Shown here: positions 40,107-49,360 of the stretch, piece by piece
Numbering within the stretch: the stretch's first letter is position 1
How the letters are laid out: each line of letters begins with the position of its first letter
Made by a program: the position numbers and the translations under genes
Assembly (NCBI GenBank): GCA_016186645.1
Contig: JACPLF010000006.1
Coordinates: 46,312-110,311, forward strand
Reading direction: 5' to 3'
DNA length: 64,000 nucleotides
Origin: Candidatus Levyibacteriota bacterium
GTDB taxonomy: Bacteria > Patescibacteriota > Microgenomatia > Levybacterales > UBA12049
Notes under the pieces: model-generated
Seen by the model: the letters and a program-made list of their open reading frames with translations, nothing else
Database searches by the model: none
Told to the model about the DNA's origin: nothing

Positions 40107-40754
40107 ATGAACAAGACTGAGGCTAAAAAGATTTTGTCTTTATATAAAAACCTATCTTTTTTCGATAGGTTTCACATCTACATAAGATTGCGCCGATTGC
40201 CATTTGAGACTATTGAAAAGTATATTCCAAAAAATGGAAAAATTTTGGATTTTGGATGCGGACATGGTTTTTTCTCTTTATACATGTCACAAAAATCTCC
40301 TGCAAGAAACATTATCGGGGTTGATATATCTAAGGAAAAAATCAATGTAGCTAAGGCTTCAAAACACAGCAATAAAGTTTCTTTTAGTTATGACCTAAGA
40401 AGCATGTCGTTTCTAGAAAAACAACTTGATTATGATTGCATAGTGATTATAAACGTGCTATATCTTCTCAGAAGAAAAGAGCAAGAAAAAGTCTTGGAAA
40501 AGGCAAGTAAAGCCTTGGTTAAAAACGGAAAACTTTTGATAGTCGAACCTGATGCTAATTTAAAATTCAGAACTTTTTATGAGATAATACGGGAGTCTAT
40601 AATGCTGAAATTACTAAGAAGAACGCAGGGGAAGGGTTTAACTTTCAATACGAAAGAATGGTGGATAGAAAATCTAAAAAAATACCTAAAGAAGGTAGAG
40701 GTTAGAGAGTTTCCTAACAAAAAGCATCACTTGTTATATATCTGCACAAAATAA
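40107..40754 (+). CDS. Class I SAM-dependent methyltransferase
   Basis: ILDFGCGHG, GVDIS, L..NGKLLI.E; start moved to ATG 40107 from the -10 position. Confidence 0.85.
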   Translation: MNKTEAKKILSLYKNLSFFDRFHIYIRLRRLPFETIEKYIPKNGKILDFGCGHGFFSLYMSQKSPARNIIGVDISKEKINVAKASKHSNKVSFSYDLRSMSFLEKQLDYDCIVIINVLYLLRRKEQEKVLEKASKALVKNGKLLIVEPDANLKFRTFYEIIRESIMLKLLRRTQGKGLTFNTKEWWIENLKKYLKKVEVREFPNKKHHLLYICTK

Positions 40755-40758
40755 ACCT

Positions 40759-41508
40759 ATGAATGACAAAAAATTAAATGTGGGGATTGTTGGTGTTGGA
40801 GAAGTTGGGTCATCAGTATTGGCTTTGGTTTCCAGAGTACACAATGTTTTTATGAGAGATATAGACAAAGATACAATCAAAAATCAAAAATTGGATGTTC
40901 TTCATGTTTGTATTCCATATGGCAAAGATTTTGAAAAAATAGTTATAGAAAATGTTAAACGGAATAATCCAGATTTGACAATAATTGAATCAACTATTTT
41001 GGTAAAAACAACAGAAAACATTTACAAATTGATAAAAAAACCCATTGTTCATTCTCCTGTAAGAGGTTTTCATACAACCATGGTTGGTGATCTTAAAAGA
41101 TTTGTTAAATTTGTTGGGTCTGTCGATAGGAAGTTTGCGCAGGATGCAAAAAAATATTACAAAACTTTGGGAGTTAATGCGCAGGTTGTAACTTCATCCC
41201 GCGAGACAGAAATGGGAAAACTTTTGGACACAACTTATTACGCTTTATGTATTGCATGGCATCAAGAGATGGATAGATTTTGCAAGAAATATAATATTAA
41301 CTTTGATGAAGCGGTAACTGCTTTTAACAAAACTTATAACGATGGATATAGAAATTCAAAGCCCAATGTAATTAGACCTGTTTTAACTCCAGGATTTATT
41401 GGAGGACATTGTCTTATGCCAAACATTGAGATTTTGAAGAAATCTTTCAAGTCAGATTTTCTCAGGGTTGTAGAAGAATCTAATGACAAAAAGAAAAAAA
41501 ATATCTAA
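40759..41508 (+). CDS. UDP-glucose/GDP-mannose dehydrogenase family protein lacking the C-terminal domain
   Basis: GIVGVGEVG, I.ST, HSP.RG, E.GK, PGFIGGHCL.P (catalytic Cys); only 249 aa. Confidence 0.75.
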   Translation: MNDKKLNVGIVGVGEVGSSVLALVSRVHNVFMRDIDKDTIKNQKLDVLHVCIPYGKDFEKIVIENVKRNNPDLTIIESTILVKTTENIYKLIKKPIVHSPVRGFHTTMVGDLKRFVKFVGSVDRKFAQDAKKYYKTLGVNAQVVTSSRETEMGKLLDTTYYALCIAWHQEMDRFCKKYNINFDEAVTAFNKTYNDGYRNSKPNVIRPVLTPGFIGGHCLMPNIEILKKSFKSDFLRVVEESNDKKKKNI

Positions 41509-42113
41509 TGGACATTCTTTCTATAATTCAACATCTGCCTTTGGATATAGGACAAGCTGATAGAAAGCATAAAACAGCAGGAAAAAAAATTGCTCTATCT
41601 TTTATTCGGGAAGGAAAAGGAAAACTTGCTCTTGATATTGGATGTAGAGATGGTTATTGGTCAGAAGTTCTAAAGAAAAAAGGATACATAGTTAAATCTT
41701 TAGATATAGAGCCGCATTATAAAGGGGCATTAAAACACGATGTTGAAAAAGGACTGCCATTTGAGAATAAGACGTTTGATTTGATTTGGTGCACGGAAGT
41801 TTTGGAGCATCTCAAGAATCCTGAATTTTTAATTAAAGAAATAGGTAGAGTGATGAAAAAAAATGGAGTGGCAATTTTGACTACTCCAAATTCCAATTGG
41901 TGGGCATATTGGTTAGTAAAGCTTTGGGGTTGGACGCCAAAAAAACTTCAGAATAAAGATCACAAGCAATTTTTCGATGAAAATACTTTAAGAAATATTA
42001 CATCAGGATATGACATCTTTGGATATTTTCCCTATGCCCTTATCTTTTTAAAAATAAAATTTTTCCTAGGAATTCTATCTCCAACATTTATTTTGAGAAA
42101 GAATTTTAAATAA
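41508..42113 (+). CDS. Class I SAM-dependent methyltransferase (type 11)
   Basis: ALDIGCRDG, LPF...TFD...C.EVLEHL, LTTPN. Confidence 0.9.
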   Translation: MDILSIIQHLPLDIGQADRKHKTAGKKIALSFIREGKGKLALDIGCRDGYWSEVLKKKGYIVKSLDIEPHYKGALKHDVEKGLPFENKTFDLIWCTEVLEHLKNPEFLIKEIGRVMKKNGVAILTTPNSNWWAYWLVKLWGWTPKKLQNKDHKQFFDENTLRNITSGYDIFGYFPYALIFLKIKFFLGILSPTFILRKNFK

Positions 42114-44191
42114 TGTTCAATTTTTTATCAAATAAAAAAATCTTGGCTTTAATAGTGGGATGCATATATTTCATTTTATTGTTGGTTAGTATGCCTGACT
42201 ACAATATTTTTTGGGATGCCAGAAATCATTATTTTAAGGGCCAGGCATTTGTAAGTTTTTTTCTTTCTGGGAGAAAAGATTATGAAGGATTACCAATCAC
42301 CAAGGACTATGCTCGTTATCATCGGGATTATGTGAGCAAATATTCCCCTGATCCAAATATTGCAAGTAGGATTTCTAAAGACCCAAATTACAGAAGAAGT
42401 ATATATCAGGATGATGTTCACACTTTCGATTGGTTAATGAAATCCAATCAAATAGAGCACCCTGTTTTTAGTGATATAGCCTCAACTTTTTCCAATGTTT
42501 TATTTTATGAAAAACTTGGGTGGCTTAGGGACGACTATTCTTATCGTATTTATACTTTATCTTTGGCTTCGATTCTGGTTACTGTTATTTTTTATTGGCT
42601 TTTTAGTCTTTACGGTTTTATCGCTGCAATAATTGGTACACTTACTTTAGCAACAACTCCTCTTTTTTGGGCAGAAAGCCATTTTAATTTAAAGGATATT
42701 CCTCAAATGACTTTTTTTGCTTTAGCTATTTGGCAGTTTTATAACGGAATTGTTTCTAAATCAAAAAAGAAAATAATTTTTTCGGCAATTTTTGCAGCTT
42801 GTGCATTTTCAACAAAATTAAACATTGTTTTTCTGCCATTTATTTTAGCTCCATGGTTTATTATTTTTTATCTCAAAGAGAAAGAAGAAGAAAGGAGCAA
42901 ATATCATAGTTGGTGGTGGTTATTGTTGGCATATCCTGCAATTATGTTCGGAATTTTTATTGCAGTTTGGCCTCAGATGTGGCAAACACCAGTCAAGAGC
43001 TTTCTGGATGTTATAGAAATTTATAGACAGATAGGAGTTGCGCCTGATTACACTCCTACATTTAGAACAATATTTGGATTTAGTACTTACGCAGCTATTT
43101 GGATATTTCTTACAACTTATCCGTGGGTTGGGATTTTATCCATTTTTGGTATAGCAGCAGCAATACTTAATTTCAAAAAAGTGAAAAATTATCTTCCATT
43201 TTTATTGTTATTATGGCTTTTTGTTCCAATAGCAAGAGCTTCTCTTCCTTTCACTTCAATCTTTGGTGGAGTAAGGCATATCATGGAATACATTCCGGCG
43301 TTAGCTATGCTGGTTGGATATGGCACCTACAATCTCCTCAAGTTTTTTCCGAGCAGATTAAAAGGAATTATTGGATTAATTCTGATTTTGGGTTTTATAC
43401 CTCTTATTTTGACTTTGGTTAAGCTGCATCCTGCAGAAAATGTTTATTTCAATTCTTTGATTGGGGGTTTAAGCGGAGCTAAAAAAGCAAATATTACTGG
43501 TTGGGGATACAATGACGGAGGAATTTACAGAAAAGCAACAGTTTGGCTTAATGAACATGCAGAAAAAGGATCTCATGTGGCTGTCACTTTTAGCGAACCT
43601 GCGGATTTTTATATTCCAGAGTTAAGAGACGATTTATTAGCAGATAATTCTTTTAGCGGATATTTGCAAAAAGGAGAGTATATCATTGGGTTAACTCATG
43701 ATACAGGCTTGGATCATGTTTACAGAGTTAAATATTCTGAGGACTTCTTAGAGCCTCTATATTTATTTTCTATTGATAATGTGCCACTGTTAAAAATATG
43801 GAAAAATGAAAAGAAATATCTTAAAAAAGATTTTTCAAAGCTTGATTTTAAAAACCTAAGCATAATGCCGGAAAAATTAGAGGACATATTACAGTGGAAA
43901 TTAGATAGTGAAAAAATAATTATGGGAATTGAGGTTTCATTTGACGAAAACGGATCTTGTAAAAAATTAACAAACGCATATTTTCAAGTGTCTGAAGATG
44001 GAGAAAATTGGGAGATTCTGCCAGATATTTATCCTGGCGGAACTTTGAGCTTTCTAGGAGACCAGCCAAAAGATGGAAAATTAGTTGCGCCAATTGTAGG
44101 AGTGAAAATCCAGTATGTTTCTTTAGTTATTGACCCTCAAGATTCATGTATATTTAATCTGAAAAATAGCGAAATTGTTGTGCTGGAATAA
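42113..44191 (+). CDS. GT-C (PMT/ArnT-like) glycosyltransferase, third paralog of 4139/7411
   Basis: NIFWDA, EHP, SHFNLKD, TKLN, SIFGGVRHIMEYIPA, LHP.EN, WLNEHAE shared with 4139. Confidence 0.8.
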   Translation: MFNFLSNKKILALIVGCIYFILLLVSMPDYNIFWDARNHYFKGQAFVSFFLSGRKDYEGLPITKDYARYHRDYVSKYSPDPNIASRISKDPNYRRSIYQDDVHTFDWLMKSNQIEHPVFSDIASTFSNVLFYEKLGWLRDDYSYRIYTLSLASILVTVIFYWLFSLYGFIAAIIGTLTLATTPLFWAESHFNLKDIPQMTFFALAIWQFYNGIVSKSKKKIIFSAIFAACAFSTKLNIVFLPFILAPWFIIFYLKEKEEERSKYHSWWWLLLAYPAIMFGIFIAVWPQMWQTPVKSFLDVIEIYRQIGVAPDYTPTFRTIFGFSTYAAIWIFLTTYPWVGILSIFGIAAAILNFKKVKNYLPFLLLLWLFVPIARASLPFTSIFGGVRHIMEYIPALAMLVGYGTYNLLKFFPSRLKGIIGLILILGFIPLILTLVKLHPAENVYFNSLIGGLSGAKKANITGWGYNDGGIYRKATVWLNEHAEKGSHVAVTFSEPADFYIPELRDDLLADNSFSGYLQKGEYIIGLTHDTGLDHVYRVKYSEDFLEPLYLFSIDNVPLLKIWKNEKKYLKKDFSKLDFKNLSIMPEKLEDILQWKLDSEKIIMGIEVSFDENGSCKKLTNAYFQVSEDGENWEILPDIYPGGTLSFLGDQPKDGKLVAPIVGVKIQYVSLVIDPQDSCIFNLKNSEIVVLE

Positions 44192-44215
44192 TATTTTGTT
44201 GTATACTTGTTAACT

Positions 44216-45427
44216 ATGGATGGTAAATTGCGGGTTACATATGCCAAGGCGGTATATGATGATAAGGAAATAGAAAGAGTTGTCAGCGTTTTGAAAGAGC
44301 ATAGGGAAGCAGTTGGTCGTGAGACTGATGAATTTGAGAAAAGAGTATCAAGGGCTTTTGGGAAAAAATATGGAATAATGGTTAACTCCGGTTCATCCGC
44401 AAATCTTTTAGCATTTGAGCTTATTAATTTAAAACCAGGATCCGAAGTTATCACTCCTCTTCTTACTTTTTCAACAACTGTAAGTCCAATAATACAGAAA
44501 GGGTTGGTTCCTGTATTTGCAGATGTTGAGGAGGGAAAATATATAATTGATGTATCTCAAATTGAAAAATTAATTACAAAAAAGACAAAAGCGATTATGA
44601 TACCTCTTTTGATAGGAAATATTCCAAATATGAAAAAAATTTCGGCAATTGCAAAAAAACATAAACTCTTTCTTATTGAAGATTCTTGTGATACGTTTCA
44701 AGGATTTTTTGATGGCAAACCAACAGGAACTTATTCGGACATTACTACTACAAGTTTCTATGGGTCTCATATCATTACTGCTGCGGCAGGGGGAGGGATG
44801 ATAATGGTAAATAGTGAAGGATATCGTGATAGGGCAAAGGTATTAAGGGGTTGGGGAAGACAGTCTTCTCTTTTTAATGAATCGGAAAGCATTGATAAAA
44901 GATTTAACTCCAAAACCAAAATAGAAGGAGCGCTATATGATGCAAAATTTATTTTTTCAGAAATAGGCTACAATTTTTTGCCTCTTGAAATAAGCGCTGC
45001 GTTTGGAAATGCGCAACTAGATAAACTTCCCGTTTTTAGAAAAAAGAGAGAGGAAAACTTCAGACATTTGCTTAATTTTTTCAAAAAGTATGAAAAGTTT
45101 TTCATCCTTCCAAAACAAGATGCTATGGTTGGTACTCAATGGCTTGCATTCCCATTAACAATAAAAAAGAATGCTCCCTTTACCCGTTTCGAAATTGTAA
45201 AGTTTCTTGAGGAGAATAACATTCAGACCCGTCCTATTTTAGCAGGTAATGTGCTTAAGCAACCCGGCTTTACAGAGATAAAGAACAGAATAATAAAAGG
45301 CGGATGCCCAGTAACGGAACTAATTATGAAAAATGGATTTGTGGTTGGTTGTCATCAGGGACTTGAAGATGTTCACCTTGAGCGGATTAAAGAATCAATA
45401 GCAGCTTTTATCAAAAGTCTTTCTTAA
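44216..45427 (+). CDS. RfbH/DdhC-like PLP-dependent NDP-4-keto-6-deoxyhexose 3-dehydratase (His-type)
   Basis: VNSGSSANLLA, TF.TTV.P, EDSCD, TSFYGSHIIT (His at the Lys position), RGWGR, YD.KF.F..IGYN; TATACT 8 nt before ATG 44216. Confidence 0.75.
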   Translation: MDGKLRVTYAKAVYDDKEIERVVSVLKEHREAVGRETDEFEKRVSRAFGKKYGIMVNSGSSANLLAFELINLKPGSEVITPLLTFSTTVSPIIQKGLVPVFADVEEGKYIIDVSQIEKLITKKTKAIMIPLLIGNIPNMKKISAIAKKHKLFLIEDSCDTFQGFFDGKPTGTYSDITTTSFYGSHIITAAAGGGMIMVNSEGYRDRAKVLRGWGRQSSLFNESESIDKRFNSKTKIEGALYDAKFIFSEIGYNFLPLEISAAFGNAQLDKLPVFRKKREENFRHLLNFFKKYEKFFILPKQDAMVGTQWLAFPLTIKKNAPFTRFEIVKFLEENNIQTRPILAGNVLKQPGFTEIKNRIIKGGCPVTELIMKNGFVVGCHQGLEDVHLERIKESIAAFIKSLS

Positions 45428-46356
45428 TCTTTATTTTTAAAAATACTTTTTACAATAAATTTAGGTCTTTGTTTTACCTCTTCAAATATTTTGCCAATGT
45501 ATTCTCCAAGAACACTTATTCCCAATAATTGGATTGCTCCGATAAATAACACTGCAATTAATACTGTTGTAGTTCCTTGAGGAGTGTTTGGCAAGACAAG
45601 CCTTAATATTATCTGTACTACTATCGCAACAAGGGCAATAAAGAAAACAATGAACGAGAGCATTGTCATAATTTGCAAAGGAACGTAGGAGAAAGAAAGT
45701 ATTCCCTTTGTTGCCCAATTAATATTTTTAAGAAGGCTATTGGTTGACCTGCCAAACATTCTTTCAGGCCTTGTGTAGGGTATTCCTGTTTGTCTAAATC
45801 CAACCCATGCCCTTAGTCCTCTTAGGAATCTGTCTCTTTCGGGAAAAGTTTTCAGGATTTGTACAACCTTGTTGTCTATTAAAGAGAAATCTCCGGCATC
45901 AAGAGGCATTTTTATGTAAGACAATTTGTGGAAGATTCTGTAGAAAAGCTTATAGGCAATGGCCATGTAAAGAGGCGCTTCTCTTTTTGTTCTTATTCCA
46001 TAAACAACATCATATCCCTGAATCCATTTCTCATAAAGTTTTTCTATTAATTCCGGAGGATCCTGTAAATCCCCATCCAGCAGCACTACTGCATCAGAGT
46101 TAGCAATTTCCATGCCGCTTGTGAATGCCATTTGTGAGCTGAAATTTCTCGAATGGTTTATCGCAATTACGTGTTTATCTTTTTTTACAAGATTTTCCAG
46201 GATTTGTTCTGTCTTGTCAGGACTCCCGTCATTTACAAAAATTATTTCATAATCAGTACCAATTTTTTCAAAAGTCTTTTTAAGCCTTTCATACATTATG
46301 GGAATTGCCTGTTCATCTTTGTAGCATGCGATAACTGCAGATAATTTTTTATTCAT
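45424..46356 (-). CDS. GT2 bactoprenol glycosyltransferase (GtrB/YkoT-like)
   Basis: VNDGSPD, SRNF..Q.A, LDGDLQDPPE, AGDF.L.D, RFLRGLRAWVGF, GEYIGKIFEEVKQRP. Confidence 0.9.
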   Translation of the reverse strand: MNKKLSAVIACYKDEQAIPIMYERLKKTFEKIGTDYEIIFVNDGSPDKTEQILENLVKKDKHVIAINHSRNFSSQMAFTSGMEIANSDAVVLLDGDLQDPPELIEKLYEKWIQGYDVVYGIRTKREAPLYMAIAYKLFYRIFHKLSYIKMPLDAGDFSLIDNKVVQILKTFPERDRFLRGLRAWVGFRQTGIPYTRPERMFGRSTNSLLKNINWATKGILSFSYVPLQIMTMLSFIVFFIALVAIVVQIILRLVLPNTPQGTTTVLIAVLFIGAIQLLGISVLGEYIGKIFEEVKQRPKFIVKSIFKNKD

Positions 46357-46361
46357 ATTTT

Positions 46362-46389
46362 AATTTCTAGTTTCCATTTTCTATCTTCT
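46362..46389. repeat. Degenerate heptamer tandem array
   Basis: AATTTCT AGTTTCC ATTTTCT ATCTTCT. Confidence 0.4.
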
Positions 46390-46875
46390 AAGGTTTACAT
46401 ACCAAGGTTTGTCACTTTTTATCATATCATTAACAAGTCCTGGAATTTCTTCCAGAGTTTCAGGCCATCTTGAATCTATATTTTTAAATATTTTCATAAC
46501 TTCCCTATCTTCTTCTGCCCAATGGCAAAATCCATGGTCTGAATAATCTTTATCTCGTCCACCCCCAATTAACTTAACAGGAATACTTTCGTGATCTAAG
46601 TAATTCCTAATCGTTTCAAACGGACGGTATAAGAGGAAGGTTGTGATAGAGTAGATTATTGGTATTTTTCCTTGTAGAGCCAATCCAACTCCTATTCCTA
46701 CCATTGCTTGTTCTGCCGCCCCAACGTTTAATACTCTGTCAGGGTAAGAAGATCTCAGATCATCTAACATCTTATATCCTAGATCACCGGTAAGTATATA
46801 TATTTTCTTATTCGACTTCATTCGCTGAAAAAGTTCGTAAACGAACCATCCGCGCATTGAATTATGTCTTTTCAT
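46381..46875 (-). CDS. Transketolase-like pyrimidine-binding subunit (short)
   Basis: LTGDLGY, NVGAAEQ.MVG...GLAL.G..P..YS...FL..RP.E.IR, G.CH. Confidence 0.85.
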   Translation of the reverse strand: MKRHNSMRGWFVYELFQRMKSNKKIYILTGDLGYKMLDDLRSSYPDRVLNVGAAEQAMVGIGVGLALQGKIPIIYSITTFLLYRPFETIRNYLDHESIPVKLIGGGRDKDYSDHGFCHWAEEDREVMKIFKNIDSRWPETLEEIPGLVNDMIKSDKPWYVNLRR

Positions 46876-47501
46876 CTTAGTATCTCTAATGCTTTCTTAT
46901 ACTCATCATCAGTCATTGCATGATAATGAGCATCCAATCCTTTAAGAAAGGGTAATTGCTCAACTGTTGTTAATCTTATATTAATTTCAGGACAGAATGC
47001 CTTCAGCCTTTTGGTTAATTGAATGGGATTGATAGCGTCATACGCTCCATAGCCATTTAGATTTATATACACTTTTAGATTATCTACTTTTAGATCAGTT
47101 TTTATTCTTAATGTTTCCCATACGCTTCCTTCCGCACATTCACCATCACTTATCATGCAATAAACATTTTTCGATCTGTCGGCGATTGCCATTCCCAAAG
47201 CAACAGGCAATCCTTGCCCAAGACTTCCAGTTGTACACCAAATACCATTTTTTTCGTCCTTACTCGGATGAATCCCATATCTCCTAAGCAGGTATTCAGG
47301 GTCTCTTCTTTCATGTTTTTCTAGAATGCAATAAAAAGCAAGTCCTGCGTGTCCTTCTGATAATATAAATTTTTCGTCTTCTCTTTTTAAATCGTATATC
47401 TCCTCGATAATATCTACAGCTGATAAACAGCTTCCAAGATGATATTTTTTGTATTTATAGCTAATCTCAATTATTCGTCTTTTTAAATCTTTATTTTTCA
47501 T
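46872..47501 (-). CDS. Transketolase-like TPP-binding subunit (short)
   Basis: HLGSCLS, FILS.GH, HP, TGSLGQGL, SDGECAEG..WE (TPP motif), N.N, H. Confidence 0.85.
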   Translation of the reverse strand: MKNKDLKRRIIEISYKYKKYHLGSCLSAVDIIEEIYDLKREDEKFILSEGHAGLAFYCILEKHERRDPEYLLRRYGIHPSKDEKNGIWCTTGSLGQGLPVALGMAIADRSKNVYCMISDGECAEGSVWETLRIKTDLKVDNLKVYINLNGYGAYDAINPIQLTKRLKAFCPEINIRLTTVEQLPFLKGLDAHYHAMTDDEYKKALEILR

Positions 47502-47503
47502 TT

Positions 47504-48451
47504 TTAAAGATACTTTTTAAACCATTGATAGGTTTCTTTAAGTCCCTCTTCCAAGCTATATTTCGGTTCCCAATCGAGATATTTTTTGGTTTTTGATATA
47601 TCTGCTACCCAATGAGAAGTATCCCACAAACGTTTCGGAAATACACCTTTTTCGATTTTTACTTTTTTCCCTGTTACTTTGAAAAGTTTTTCCACCACCT
47701 CATCATTTGTAAATTCAAGACCGGTTCCCATATTTAGAATTTGTCCTGAAAGCTCTTTTCCTTTAGATATAGTTTTAATATAAATATCTACGACATCTTT
47801 TATATAAACAAAATCTCTTCTCTGCGTTCCTGATGTAAGTTTAATAGGGTGCCTTTGTATAGCTGCCTTAATGATTATAGGGATAAAACGTTTCTCTTCT
47901 TCGTGCGGTCCGAAAACAGAAAAAGGTCTTAGCGTAACAATTGGTTTTTGATGCTCTTTAGAAAATACTTGGCAGAGAAGTGTTGCTGATGCTTTTGTAG
48001 CGGCATAAAAGCTAATAGGTTCCAAAATATCATCTTCTTTCATTGGGTTTTCTTTGATTCCATATTCGGAAGAAGATCCGGTGTTTATAAAGATTTTATA
48101 ATTTATATCCTTTGAAGATATAAGTAAATTCATGGTACCCTTTATATTTACTTCAATCATTTCAAGCGCAGCTGTATGATCTCTATACGCGCTATATGTT
48201 GCCAAATGAATAATTATAGAAGGATTAATTTTCTCAACTATAGTTTTTAATTCATCCTTGTCCAAAAGATCAACTTCGTGAAGACGGATTTTTGGAAGAA
48301 CATTTTTTAGGCGTTTGAGGTCCGTTGAATTTCGTATAAGTAAATTAATATTTTTATAACCCAAATCCAATAGTTTGTTAACTAAATTAGCGCCAATAAA
48401 TCCAGCACCTCCTGTTATTAAAACAGGATCGCGTGTTATAATGGGAGACAT
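47504..48451 (-). CDS. NAD-dependent epimerase/dehydratase (NDP-4-keto sugar reductase-like)
   Basis: VLITGGAGFIG, TGSSSEYG, YAATK, LRPFSVFG, RDFVY; ATG 48451 is 7 nt after a minus-strand TATAAT. Confidence 0.85.
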   Translation of the reverse strand: MSPIITRDPVLITGGAGFIGANLVNKLLDLGYKNINLLIRNSTDLKRLKNVLPKIRLHEVDLLDKDELKTIVEKINPSIIIHLATYSAYRDHTAALEMIEVNIKGTMNLLISSKDINYKIFINTGSSSEYGIKENPMKEDDILEPISFYAATKASATLLCQVFSKEHQKPIVTLRPFSVFGPHEEEKRFIPIIIKAAIQRHPIKLTSGTQRRDFVYIKDVVDIYIKTISKGKELSGQILNMGTGLEFTNDEVVEKLFKVTGKKVKIEKGVFPKRLWDTSHWVADISKTKKYLDWEPKYSLEEGLKETYQWFKKYL

Positions 48452-48464
48452 GATTGATATTATA
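48434..48464. promoter_or_regulatory. Face-to-face leaderless promoters flanking a shared CATG
   Basis: TGTTATAAT(48434-42)-7 nt-ATG(48450) on +; TATAAT(48464-59)-7 nt-ATG(48451) on -. Confidence 0.7.
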
Positions 48465-49349
48465 TGTGCTTTGTGTGGCAAAAAGCAACAAGTTAAGACT
48501 CTTTATCCTGCCACTTTTAAGGAAAATGCTATCCCTAAAAACATCTATTCCGCCAGACGTTTTCCGGATAAGGTACATTATAAAATTAATAAATGCTCAA
48601 ACTGTAGTTTAGTTTTTTCTTCGCCTATTTTGCCCTTGGAGAAATTATTTCCCCTTTATAGGGAAAGCTTGTGTAATTATCAAGATCAAATACCATATCT
48701 AATTAAAACTTATTTCAAAATTGTCAATGAAATTAAGAAAGATCTCCCCAAAAATCCAAAAGTTTTGGAGGTTGGTTGTGGTAACGGTTTCTTTCTGAAG
48801 GCTTTAAAAGATTTAAATTTCACGCAGAATGTTTTTGGAGTGGAGCCCAGCTACAAAATGGTTTCTAAAGCAGACTCGTCTATAAGGAACAGAATTAAAA
48901 TAGATGTTTTCAATTCCAATCTATTTCCTAAGAATAGTTTTGATCTTGCTTTGTGTTTCCATACCTTGGATCACATGATTGACCCGAACGATTTTATTAA
49001 AGGAGCAAATTCAATGCTGAAGAAAAACGGATATGTAATTGTAGTTGTCCACGACACGCAGGGACTGTCAGTGAAATTATTTGGAGAAAGCTCAGCAATT
49101 TTTGACGTAGAACACATATATTTATTTAACAAAAAAACTTTACGAGAAATATTTATAAAAAATCAATTTAAAGCGATAAAAGTTTTTAACGTGGTCAACA
49201 AATACCCTTTGAATTATTGGGTTAAAATGAGTGGCTTTCCTCTTGTTATTAGAAAAATTGTCAATTATACTATTAGACTAATTGGCTTGAGCAAAATACC
49301 GGTACCAATTCCTGCTGGAAATATTGGTATTATTGCAAGAAAAACCTGA
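48450..49349 (+). CDS. Class I SAM-dependent methyltransferase with N-terminal Zn-binding CxxC pairs
   Basis: CALC...CSNC.LVF; VLEVGCGNG; G.EPS; FH.LDH; EH.YLF. Confidence 0.85.
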   Translation: MIDIICALCGKKQQVKTLYPATFKENAIPKNIYSARRFPDKVHYKINKCSNCSLVFSSPILPLEKLFPLYRESLCNYQDQIPYLIKTYFKIVNEIKKDLPKNPKVLEVGCGNGFFLKALKDLNFTQNVFGVEPSYKMVSKADSSIRNRIKIDVFNSNLFPKNSFDLALCFHTLDHMIDPNDFIKGANSMLKKNGYVIVVVHDTQGLSVKLFGESSAIFDVEHIYLFNKKTLREIFIKNQFKAIKVFNVVNKYPLNYWVKMSGFPLVIRKIVNYTIRLIGLSKIPVPIPAGNIGIIARKT

Positions 49350-49360
49350 ATTCATCTTTT

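Noticed and set aside
48375-48481. 107-bp head-to-head coding overlap implied by the ORF track
   Set aside because: Extensions upstream of Met 48450 and Met 48451 are just the antisense of the partner gene; -10 positions support the shared-CATG starts
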